Shown piece after piece: positions 43,524 through 54,888 of a stretch of 63,424 nucleotides of DNA (position 1 is its first letter; each line of letters opens with the position of its first letter). Both the position numbers and the translations under genes were made by a program. Origin of the DNA: a bacterium (GTDB lineage: Bacteria > Bacillota_I > Bacilli_A > Erysipelotrichales > Erysipelotrichaceae); NCBI GenBank assembly GCA_963605225.1, contig CAVCUC010000001.1, forward strand, positions 1 to 63,424, read 5' to 3'. The notes beneath the pieces were generated by a model that saw only the letters and a program-made list of their open reading frames with translations, did no database searches and was not told the origin of the DNA.

Positions 43524-43553
43524 AAGAAGAATCATACAGGTTCTTCTTTTTTT
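43524..43553 (+). terminator. Intrinsic terminator after degV
   Basis: AAGAAGAA-N9-TTCTTCTT plus T-run. Confidence 0.65.
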
Positions 43554-43591
43554 CGTTCAAATCCATTATCATTACAAAGCGAGGTGAATCT

Positions 43592-44374
43592 ATGCAAGCA
43601 ATTTGTTTTTTTGATATTGATAACACATTAGTTCCTTTTGGACAAAATGATATAAGAAAAGAAGAAAAAGATGTATTAGACAAGTTAAAAGAAAATGGCC
43701 ATTATGTTTTTATTAACTCTGGTCGCTCTTTAGCTTTTACTCCTAAGTATATTCTTGACTATCCTTTCTCTGGTTATGCTTTAGGATGTGGTACATACTT
43801 AGAAATTGACCATAAACTAATATCTTATTTTGAATTTGATTCTTCTTTATGTAAATCCATTATCGAAGATGTACAAAAATATAATTTATCTGTTGTATTT
43901 GAAGGACATCATGGTCACGCCTTTTATACCACAACAAGTCATCCTATCGTCACGAAGTTATATCAATCTTGTATCACACAAAATACACCAATGTTTGATA
44001 TTACAGACGCAAACTACAAATACTCTAAATTCTGTATTTTTCAAACAAATGCAGAAAATGAAAATGCGTTCATCAAAAAATATCAAAATCAATTAGACTT
44101 CATACAGCGTTCAGAAAACTTTTTAGAAGTAGTACCAAAAGGATATTCTAAAGGTGAAGCTGTCATACAAATCGCAAAACATCTAAATATCCCACTAGAA
44201 AACTGTTGGTGCTTTGGTGATAGTACAAACGATTTAAGTATGTTACAAGTAGTCAAACATCCTGTAGTTATGGGTAATGGTGATGAAGAAGTTAAAAAAG
44301 TCGCAGAATTCATCACTCATGATTGTAAAGATGATGGTATTGAATTTGCTTGCAAACATTACAATCTGATATAA
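43592..44374 (+). CDS. Cof-type HAD phosphatase
   Basis: FDIDNTL, NSGRS, FGDSTND. Confidence 0.9.
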   Translation: MQAICFFDIDNTLVPFGQNDIRKEEKDVLDKLKENGHYVFINSGRSLAFTPKYILDYPFSGYALGCGTYLEIDHKLISYFEFDSSLCKSIIEDVQKYNLSVVFEGHHGHAFYTTTSHPIVTKLYQSCITQNTPMFDITDANYKYSKFCIFQTNAENENAFIKKYQNQLDFIQRSENFLEVVPKGYSKGEAVIQIAKHLNIPLENCWCFGDSTNDLSMLQVVKHPVVMGNGDEEVKKVAEFITHDCKDDGIEFACKHYNLI

Positions 44375-44443
44375 AAGTACAAATTTTTGTTTTTAAAATA
44401 GATGAGCATACATTGTTCATCTGTTTTTTGTTTGTGTTTACAA

Positions 44444-44528
44444 ATAAAAACGTGAAATCCGTTTTTATCTTTCAAAAGATACTGTATAATAATGTTGCAA
44501 GAAAATAAAAACGAAAATTCCGTTTTTA
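44444..44528 (+). promoter_or_regulatory. Promoter flanked by twin TAAAAACG-N7-CGTTTTTA palindromes
   Basis: Copies at 44445-44467 and 44506-44528, with TATAAT at 44485-44490 between them. Confidence 0.75.
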
Positions 44529-44541
44529 ACTGAGGTGGCTT

Positions 44542-45693
44542 ATGAAAATACTCCGTATCACTGCACAAGGACTTCCATTATTCAAAAAAGACCTAGATAT
44601 TTACTTTTATACACAACAACGAGTTTCAAAAGAAGATAAAGATAGTCTTTATCATTTAAAAGACAACTACTATCTGCACTCTGCTTGTGCTTTCATTGGC
44701 ATTAATGCGTCTGGTAAAACTTCTGTTTTAAAAGTCATCAGTTTAGCCTTAAATATTATCAAAAATGAGCCTATCAATCATATAGAAGCAAGAACTATTC
44801 TTTCTAATGCAAAGAAAGCTACAATTCGTACATATTTTTACGACAAACGCAATTATGTATGCTGTTTAGAAACTGTAATTACAGCAAATAAAACAAAAAC
44901 AGGTGAATATGTATATTCAATTTTATCTGAACACATTTGGGAAAAACCAATTTCCACCATTAAGTCAAAAAAGAATCTAACTGATTTTGTAGGAATAAAA
45001 CCTGTAGCTGAGCGTAACAAAGATGAAGCATATCTTCCTGATGATGTTAGCTTTATCATTGCACATAATAAAAAAATGAATGATACAGTAGAATTATTTA
45101 GCTTATTATCTTATACGAATGTAAATGTGCTTCCTTTTACAGAGGATATCCCACTAGAAGTTATAACTTTCCTTGATCCTACCATTGATAAATTGTCTTT
45201 TGAACAAATGGAAGGAAAAACATTCATCCATTTAAAATTCAAAGAGGAAGAAGAAATAATCCTAAATAATGCGTCAGACCTTGAGCAATATTTGTCATCT
45301 GGCACAATTAAAGGAATTATTACATTCTCTATGGTAAAAGAAGTTCTTCAATCGGGCGGTTATCTTCTAGTAGATGAAATTGAAAATCATTTCAATAAAG
45401 AAATAGTAACAACTCTAGTTCGTTTCTTTATGGATAGTAAACTAAATAAAAATGGTGGAACACTTGTTTTCACCACTCACTACCCTGAGCTACTAGATGA
45501 ATATGATCGTAACGATGGAATTTATATCATCCGGAATAGAAATGGCATTACAGCAGAAAATTTAAGTTGCATATTAAAACGTAATGACATCAAGAAAAGT
45601 GACGCTTATCAAAGTGGATTTCTTGAAGGAACAACACCCGCATATGAAGCTTATATGCGCTTAAAGAAAAACTTAATCTCTTCAATCGATTAA
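44542..45693 (+). CDS. ABC-type (AAA_21-like) ATPase, AbiLi/RloA-like, putative defence protein
   Basis: Walker A GINASGKT, signature LSSGT, Walker B LLVDEIENH, H-loop FTTH; no permease partner. Confidence 0.8.
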   Translation: MKILRITAQGLPLFKKDLDIYFYTQQRVSKEDKDSLYHLKDNYYLHSACAFIGINASGKTSVLKVISLALNIIKNEPINHIEARTILSNAKKATIRTYFYDKRNYVCCLETVITANKTKTGEYVYSILSEHIWEKPISTIKSKKNLTDFVGIKPVAERNKDEAYLPDDVSFIIAHNKKMNDTVELFSLLSYTNVNVLPFTEDIPLEVITFLDPTIDKLSFEQMEGKTFIHLKFKEEEEIILNNASDLEQYLSSGTIKGIITFSMVKEVLQSGGYLLVDEIENHFNKEIVTTLVRFFMDSKLNKNGGTLVFTTHYPELLDEYDRNDGIYIIRNRNGITAENLSCILKRNDIKKSDAYQSGFLEGTTPAYEAYMRLKKNLISSID

Positions 45694-45705
45694 GGAGCTA
45701 GCAAA

Positions 45706-46224
45706 ATGAAATTAGCGAAATATAAAGCATGTATATGCGAAGGTTCTGCAGAAGAAGCGATTATTGATATCTTAGTTGATAATAATCTTTTGATTTTCAC
45801 TAGAGAAGAAATGCTAGAAGAATGCGTAATACGTTGTCGAAATGCCAAAAGATTTGAAGAACGATTCTTAAGAAAAGGATTCGATGATCAGATTTCAATT
45901 ATACGAGTTTTAGATTCCCGAAGAGAAGAATTTCGGTTAAGTAAAGCCTACAAGTATAAAGTTGATGTAATCAATGTCATTACTGCCCCAGAAATTGAAA
46001 TGTTAATCATTCATGCAGAAGGTGCATATCATCAATTTAAAAATTCTGGAATGAAGCCTAGTGATTTCTGCAAATCTAATCTTTCTATGCATGATGTAAA
46101 ATCATATGAATTTGTTAAAAATTATTTCAATAACCCTGCAACATTAGTGAATGCTATAAAAGAATATCGTAGAACTGCAAATATTCCTAAAGGAGAATAT
46201 TGTTTGTCGGATTTATTGAAATAA
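45706..46224 (+). CDS. TOPRIM-like partner protein, AbiLii/RloB-like
   Basis: CICEGSAE, VLDS and TAPEIE acidic motifs; 12 nt downstream of the ATPase, with its own RBS. Confidence 0.6.
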   Translation: MKLAKYKACICEGSAEEAIIDILVDNNLLIFTREEMLEECVIRCRNAKRFEERFLRKGFDDQISIIRVLDSRREEFRLSKAYKYKVDVINVITAPEIEMLIIHAEGAYHQFKNSGMKPSDFCKSNLSMHDVKSYEFVKNYFNNPATLVNAIKEYRRTANIPKGEYCLSDLLK

Positions 46225-46250
46225 GACTAAAGATGCAAAAATACCATATT

Positions 46251-46283
46251 AAAAGCAGAAGATGCTCATTCTTCTGCTATTTT
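46251..46283. terminator. Bidirectional terminator between convergent genes
   Basis: AAAAGCAGAAGA-TGCTCAT-TCTTCTGCTATTTT. Confidence 0.6.
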
Positions 46284-46984
46284 ATTTCTTGCAAGTCACT
46301 GTTCGCATTTGCTTTTTTATTTGTGTCGTAATAAACGTAATATGTTTTTGTACTAGAAATATAGATGATATCTCCTTTAGAAATATTTTCGATACTACCT
46401 AATGCTTCATCTGTTTTTGATTCTACTGTATGGATGGTATTTATATTCACTTTAAATAATCCATGTGAATTATCGCTAGGTACTTTTTCCATTTCTCCAT
46501 CTTTTACAGCGATAAAATAAGTACCATTATATTCGTATAATGTTCCTTGGACAGTTCTTTGTTTATCACTAATCTCTGTTGGATATGGAACAGCTTTATT
46601 TTTCACATCACTTGTTGAATCAGAATTAGAGTCATGAGAAGAATCACGATTACCATAATTAATATAAGCTTTGTTATCTTTATATTCTAATGTAGCTGTA
46701 CCACCTTTTTTAGGCACACCGATTTCTGTTGCCGGAAAGTCAAAATGATTTTGCCATTCATCTTGTTGTTGCTTCAAAGTTACTGTATAAGTTGCACTTG
46801 TATCATCATTAGAGATGATATTTGTCATCATTTCAGCATATTGATTACGGATATTTGCTGCATCAGTCGCTTCTCTAGCTTTTTCTAGTTGTGATAAAAA
46901 AATTGGAATAGCAATCGCAACAAGTACTGCAACAATTGCCACTACAATTAATAATTCAGCTAATGTAAATCCCTTCTTATTCAT
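46277..46984 (-). CDS. Type IV pilin-like protein with prepilin cleavage/methylation motif
   Basis: MNKKG/FTLAELLIVVAIVAVLVAIAIP class III signal with Glu at +5. Confidence 0.88.
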   Translation of the reverse strand: MNKKGFTLAELLIVVAIVAVLVAIAIPIFLSQLEKAREATDAANIRNQYAEMMTNIISNDDTSATYTVTLKQQQDEWQNHFDFPATEIGVPKKGGTATLEYKDNKAYINYGNRDSSHDSNSDSTSDVKNKAVPYPTEISDKQRTVQGTLYEYNGTYFIAVKDGEMEKVPSDNSHGLFKVNINTIHTVESKTDEALGSIENISKGDIIYISSTKTYYVYYDTNKKANANSDLQEIK

Positions 46985-46996
46985 ATCTCTATCTTC

Positions 46997-47821
46997 CTAT
47001 TTAATTGGGAACCAAGCAATATCATATCTTGTTTTATGATCTTTTTCCCCAGTCACTAGTAACATACTTGTTAAGACATCCCCATCCAAAGTATATCCTT
47101 GCTGTTTAATATAACATAAAGTATCTTCTAACCATACTTTAGAGTCAATATCACTTGCATTACCATGAATAATTGTTTTGATACATTTACATGGTTCAAA
47201 ACGCGTAACGTGACTTGTTTTCTCTAAAGCAAGAAATTCTAAATCTTTTGCCGAAATCACATTTGCAATATTCACGTTCATTTCTTTATCATCACTTAAT
47301 AGCTTTTCTTTTGTATAAAGTAATGAGGCAGTACTAATAGGAATATATTTATTCCATTGAGCAAATTCATTCGATGATTTTTTATTTGTAATGTGACGTG
47401 CATCAAATGTTCTCACAAATAAACGATAGAATTCTTCACGTATTACTACTTCAAAAGATTGACCATTTCTTTGATATTCTGTTAATTCATGAGTAATTTC
47501 TAATACTCTTTCTTGAATTCTTTTTTCAATTGCGATACGTCTTAATTCCTCATTAGCCGAAGTATTTAGTGTTTCAATGATTTCATCTAAAGAACCACTT
47601 TTTTCAATATTTACCATTTCTTTTAGTGATAAACCATTATTTTTATATAACTTTGAATGATATAAGCTATAACAATCCTCTAACGTAAATATCCGATAAG
47701 AACTATCTTCTTTTCTTTTAGGATGGATGATTCCCTGTTCCTCATAATAAGCTAGACCTTTAGGAGTCAAATCGTAAAATTGTGATATATCAGATGTTGA
47801 ATAAATATATTTATTTTCCAT
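46997..47821 (-). CDS. MerR-family regulator with C-terminal effector domain
   Basis: YSTSDISQFYDLTPKGLAYYEEQGIIHPKR...YRIF...GLSLKEM. Confidence 0.88.
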   Translation of the reverse strand: MENKYIYSTSDISQFYDLTPKGLAYYEEQGIIHPKRKEDSSYRIFTLEDCYSLYHSKLYKNNGLSLKEMVNIEKSGSLDEIIETLNTSANEELRRIAIEKRIQERVLEITHELTEYQRNGQSFEVVIREEFYRLFVRTFDARHITNKKSSNEFAQWNKYIPISTASLLYTKEKLLSDDKEMNVNIANVISAKDLEFLALEKTSHVTRFEPCKCIKTIIHGNASDIDSKVWLEDTLCYIKQQGYTLDGDVLTSMLLVTGEKDHKTRYDIAWFPIK

Positions 47822-47890
47822 GTATAAATTCTATCATAAAAGCTCTACAAATCTTGTTGTAGAGCCCTTAAATCAAAGTATTTATTTAGC

Positions 47891-50023
47891 TTATTTTTGT
47901 AGTAAAGATACAGCATATTTCGCTGCAGCTCTACCAAATGTAGTACATGTTAATAAGCTTGTACCACAACCATAGTAGTTTACAGAAGTCACTTGACCAT
48001 CCGCACAAGATCCTGCCGCAAATAATCCTTGAATAGGATTTCCTGTAGTGTCTAGTACTTGACCATTTTCGTTAATTCTAGCACCTGTATAACCATCAGT
48101 TGTAATTTGTGGTAAACGAATAATATATAAAGTTCCTTCTAATTTATTCATATATTTAGAATCTTTATTGAAATCTTCATCTACGCCCTTATCACATAGT
48201 TCATTATAACGGTCGATTGTTGCTTGTAATGTATCCGCATCTAGTCCTAGAGGTTCAGCTAATTCTTTTGCTGTAGTACCACTATAAGAGAATGGTTTGT
48301 TATCAGATGGTACATTCTTTGTAGTCATTTGTTCATAGAATATTGGATATTGATCCATGAATTCTTGATCAACGATGGCATAACCTTCGTTATATCCTAA
48401 ATTCCAGTTTTCTTTTGTGAATTCAAAACAGAAATTATCTTCAGCTGTTAATCTCTTTGCATTACCACCAACTAATAGGATGTCATATACAGGACTATCT
48501 GGGGAGTTTGGAATAACTTCAGGCATTGCATCTAATGTAGTTGCGTATGCATAATACATAAATTGTGTATATTCTACATTAACAATATCTGCACCAACTT
48601 CTTTAAACCAATTGTATGCATCACCTTCACCAGAACCACATGCGTAACCAATATTATTAATACGTGGATTTAACTCGTTGAATAACTCCTCGTTATTTGT
48701 ATAAGAACCAGCACATACAATTGTACTAGACGCATTAATTGTAATGTCATCACCATAAGAATTTGTTGCTTTAGCACCTGTAATTGAACCATCTTCAGCT
48801 TGAATTAAACTTGTAGCAGGAGTACCTAACATCATTGTTACACCAGCCTCAACAGCCGCATTCACTAATGCACTAGTCACATATCCTCCACCTTTAGTTG
48901 TATGAATTCTAGGTGTAGCACGTTCACCTTTTTCAGATTTACGAATCACTGTATCAAAAGTTACTCCTTCATCTTCTAACCAACTAATTTGTTCACCAGA
49001 ATGTAATGCCATGTTTTTAAGCATATCAGCATCTAATGTTTCTTCATCTTGATATAAAGCATAGATATCTTCCGCAAACTTTTCACCATTATCTTCGATA
49101 CCACTTGCTTCTTGTACATCTGTTCCAGCACCAATGACATAACCTACTGAACGAGTTGTAGAAGAACTATATACTTTATTCTTTTCTAATAGAATGACAT
49201 TAGCTCCATCATTAGCTGCTTCAATCGCTGCTGTTAAACCAGCCATACCAGCACCAATAACTAAAATATCTGTATCATAATTAGAAGTGATTGCTTCACG
49301 TTTTTCTACTTCAACAGCCTCTAATGCTTTAACAGCGTTATCACCACCAGATTGTATAATGCAATCTTTTAAAGCTGTCATAAATGCATTAGATGATACT
49401 GTAGCACCACTTACAGAATCTACTGCTAAACTTTGTGATGATACAACTTCTTCACTTAGAATAGGGAATGCCATTTGTCCAATAACATCTGTATCTGTAC
49501 TTTCAGGTACTTCAATTGATTCAATCTTATTGTCTTTGATTGTGACATTCATTGTCATTGAACCAGTTGTTGCTAAACCATTTGCTTCAGCATAAGAAGT
49601 AGTTGTTGCTGTAAAAGTACCATCTGTTAGCTCTAGGGCTCCTACTTCTGTAGTTTCTCCTCTAGCTTCACTAAGAGCACTCGCTACAGCTTCTTTAACT
49701 GCATTAGATGTTAATGTAGCACCTGTTACACCATCAATTTCACTTGTTCCTGCTTCTTTTACTTGAGTCGTTAACTCTTCTAAAGCAGCTCCACCTACTG
49801 TAGGAGTTTCATCATCCCCAACAATTGAAACATCTGTGATTGAACTAGAATCTACTGTTACTGTTACAGTAACGTCTCCTCCAAATCCTTTAGCACTTGC
49901 TGTATAAGTACCTGGAGTATAGATTCCTGTAGAATCAGTACTTGTTTTTGTACTACAGCTTGCTAATGAGCAAAGCAAAGCTATAGACAAAATAGAATTA
50001 AATAATTTTTTCATTTTCTTCAT
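47891..50023 (-). CDS. Lipoprotein flavinylated reductase (two FMN-binding domains plus a flavocytochrome c-type FAD domain)
   Basis: Lipobox LASC, FMNylation motifs DGVTGAT and DSVSGAT, Rossmann motif VIGAGMAGL, GLFAAG. True start may be ATG 50014. Confidence 0.88.
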   Translation of the reverse strand: MKKMKKLFNSILSIALLCSLASCSTKTSTDSTGIYTPGTYTASAKGFGGDVTVTVTVDSSSITDVSIVGDDETPTVGGAALEELTTQVKEAGTSEIDGVTGATLTSNAVKEAVASALSEARGETTEVGALELTDGTFTATTTSYAEANGLATTGSMTMNVTIKDNKIESIEVPESTDTDVIGQMAFPILSEEVVSSQSLAVDSVSGATVSSNAFMTALKDCIIQSGGDNAVKALEAVEVEKREAITSNYDTDILVIGAGMAGLTAAIEAANDGANVILLEKNKVYSSSTTRSVGYVIGAGTDVQEASGIEDNGEKFAEDIYALYQDEETLDADMLKNMALHSGEQISWLEDEGVTFDTVIRKSEKGERATPRIHTTKGGGYVTSALVNAAVEAGVTMMLGTPATSLIQAEDGSITGAKATNSYGDDITINASSTIVCAGSYTNNEELFNELNPRINNIGYACGSGEGDAYNWFKEVGADIVNVEYTQFMYYAYATTLDAMPEVIPNSPDSPVYDILLVGGNAKRLTAEDNFCFEFTKENWNLGYNEGYAIVDQEFMDQYPIFYEQMTTKNVPSDNKPFSYSGTTAKELAEPLGLDADTLQATIDRYNELCDKGVDEDFNKDSKYMNKLEGTLYIIRLPQITTDGYTGARINENGQVLDTTGNPIQGLFAAGSCADGQVTSVNYYGCGTSLLTCTTFGRAAAKYAVSLLQK

Positions 50024-50035
50024 CCTCCATTTAGA

Positions 50036-50066
50036 AGGATAAAGTACGAAGTAACTTCCTAGTCAA
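50036..50066 (-). promoter_or_regulatory. MerR-type promoter with 19-bp spacer and central dyad
   Basis: TTGACT-19 nt-TATCCT; the spacer contains the dyad GAAGT-N-ACTTC (50048-50058). Confidence 0.75.
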
Positions 50067-50156
50067 CACTTTTGTTAAAATTTTCTCAAGTTATTTCACC
50101 CAAACAAAAAGCATATATTCACTATGTCCTAATGCAAATATATGCTCTTTCTTAAT

Positions 50157-51338
50157 TTATTTTTTTAAAAACTCAGCTATGAATTGACCATCAATCATAT
50201 CTAATAGTTTTAATTCATCTCCTGTAATTTTACCTACAAGATTTCTTGTACCATCATTTTCTATTGTATCTAATACAATTTGCATCTCACCACAATAGTG
50301 TTTGTAATTGTCATTTACAACTACTACATCCCCTCTAGAGAATGTTTTTGAGGTAATCGGTTTAGGTTTAATCGAATATTCAGGCTTAGAATACTTAAAT
50401 CTAGATAAACGTGAATGTGTTAACCACTCGCTACTATCCCCCATTAGATGAGGATAGAACTTAAATAACAAATCATGTTCATCTACACTATTATCTTGTT
50501 CTTCTTCAACACGAAATTTAGTCACAACCGCTTTATTTGCATCTAAGATTCCATAATCTAAGAATAGTTTCAAGAAAGCATTCGTTTTCGCTTCTTCTTG
50601 CATGTCTTTAACTGCGAATACTTCTTGTAAAGCTTTAAATTCTTCAACACTAGCAAAAGCATTTCCAATTAATACATCATCTACATCTTTTGTCGCAAGT
50701 AAGATTCTAGCTTGTAAGTCAATTGGTAAACTACGTGTCATTTCTACAGTAGGTAAACCATTGATTGCGCCCCAAACACCATGAGTATTTTGATTGTTAG
50801 AAGAGATGAAAGCACCAACTGTAACACTTCTAGAAGCACTCTTAATCATCTTATTTGTACTTCTAAATTTATCCATTCTCATTGCCGTATATTTTTGTGG
50901 ATAAAAGTTATGACATAAATGTAATTTGCTTGGTTCTACACCAGCATCAATATAAACTTTTGGATTGATAAATCCTGCATTGAGTTCTATTTCGATACCA
51001 CAATCATTATTTAGTAACTTAATATCATTCTCTAAGCCAAAGCTTAAATCCATTCTTAATATATCCGCATTGATACTTTTAAATACAGATAAATCGTCAA
51101 ATGTAGCACCCATTCTTTTAAAGCATTCTGGATTAACATCTAGTGATACTCTTAAATTTACTTTATGTGCTTCATCGATTAACTCTTTAAAATAAGCTAA
51201 TACTTCTTCTTTTGTTCCTTCTACTGAAAACATGGAACTAAACACTTTTGTCGCACCATATTTAGAAGCTAATGCAAAGTAAGAACGTATTTCATCCATG
51301 GATTCAATATCAGGATATACACTAATACCAAACGCCAT
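50157..51338 (-). CDS. MupG/DUF871-family phospho-sugar glycosidase
   Basis: GISVYP, LRMD, IELNA, CHNFYPQ, GLPTVE. Confidence 0.88.
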   Translation of the reverse strand: MAFGISVYPDIESMDEIRSYFALASKYGATKVFSSMFSVEGTKEEVLAYFKELIDEAHKVNLRVSLDVNPECFKRMGATFDDLSVFKSINADILRMDLSFGLENDIKLLNNDCGIEIELNAGFINPKVYIDAGVEPSKLHLCHNFYPQKYTAMRMDKFRSTNKMIKSASRSVTVGAFISSNNQNTHGVWGAINGLPTVEMTRSLPIDLQARILLATKDVDDVLIGNAFASVEEFKALQEVFAVKDMQEEAKTNAFLKLFLDYGILDANKAVVTKFRVEEEQDNSVDEHDLLFKFYPHLMGDSSEWLTHSRLSRFKYSKPEYSIKPKPITSKTFSRGDVVVVNDNYKHYCGEMQIVLDTIENDGTRNLVGKITGDELKLLDMIDGQFIAEFLKK

Positions 51339-51340
51339 AA

Positions 51341-52507
51341 TTATTCACCTTTAGAGAAACAGAAGATGTCTCCCTTTTTCATCAAATCTAAGATACATAA
51401 TGCATCTTTAGAAATATGACCAATAAGATTTCTTTGACCATCATTCTTCATTGGTTTCATACAGATTTGTATTTCAGCTTTATAGTAATCTAAATTGTTA
51501 TTTACAATTAATACATCACCTTTTTCAAAGTATTCTTTATCACAAGATCTTAGAGGAATATCTGCTTTCTTATAGAAAATACGAGTCCATCTATCACGAA
51601 TCATATAGTTAATATACTCACCTACTTGATGCGCATTATAATAAAGGATTTCTTTTTCTATATCTGTTACACCTTCTTCAAATTCAATTCCTAGAGGTAA
51701 ACGTTTTAAATCACCATGAGGAAGAATTCTTTCTAGCATTTCACCATATTCTTTAAATGGTTCTACATGGATAAATACTTCTTTCATCACATCAGCCACT
51801 TCTTTGAATTCTTCTTCTGTCGCAAAAGCATTACCAAATAAGATTTCATCTACATTATCCATGGCTAAAATATGTCTTACTTGATCACTAACACTCATAA
51901 AACGATGTTCTTCAACAGTAACTAAACCATCATGAACTGGCCAAGGACCATGAGCTTCTTTTAAGTGAGAAGTAATGAATATCGCTACTTTTACTTTCTT
52001 TTCTTTCCAATGTTCATTAATACGCATTGTTGATTCTAAATCAGCACCAGTATATGTTTGTGGATAGAAATTATGACAAACAGATAAATTTTCAGGATTA
52101 GCACCTTTATCTAATGCCGCATCGATTGCCGAAATAAATCCCGCACTCATTTCTACTCCAACACCATAATGGTTATTGATTAAAGTCACATCACGTTCAT
52201 CCATATAGCACATGTCCATACGTAAGATATCAATGCCCATTTCATTAATCACTTCTAAGTGAGATTCATCCGCACCTAATTTCTTTAAGCAATCTGTATT
52301 TGCATCACCACATACTTTCATGCCATATTGATGAGCAATTTTAGTAAAGTTTTTAAAATAATCTATTACTTCTTCACGAGTTCCAGGAACCGAAAAGATG
52401 GATGTAAAGATTTTAGTAAAGCCATATTTTGAAGCTAGTTTGATGTAGCTTTCAATTTCTTCTAATGTTTCTTGTTCTGGGTATAAAGATATACCTAATG
52501 TAATCAT
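51341..52507 (-). CDS. MupG/DUF871-family phospho-sugar glycosidase (paralog)
   Basis: GISLYP, LRMD, CHNFYPQTYTG, GPWPVHDGLVTVEEHR. Confidence 0.88.
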   Translation of the reverse strand: MITLGISLYPEQETLEEIESYIKLASKYGFTKIFTSIFSVPGTREEVIDYFKNFTKIAHQYGMKVCGDANTDCLKKLGADESHLEVINEMGIDILRMDMCYMDERDVTLINNHYGVGVEMSAGFISAIDAALDKGANPENLSVCHNFYPQTYTGADLESTMRINEHWKEKKVKVAIFITSHLKEAHGPWPVHDGLVTVEEHRFMSVSDQVRHILAMDNVDEILFGNAFATEEEFKEVADVMKEVFIHVEPFKEYGEMLERILPHGDLKRLPLGIEFEEGVTDIEKEILYYNAHQVGEYINYMIRDRWTRIFYKKADIPLRSCDKEYFEKGDVLIVNNNLDYYKAEIQICMKPMKNDGQRNLIGHISKDALCILDLMKKGDIFCFSKGE

Positions 52508-52509
52508 AC

Positions 52510-54884
<2,375 letters not shown>

Positions 54885-54888
54885 TTAC

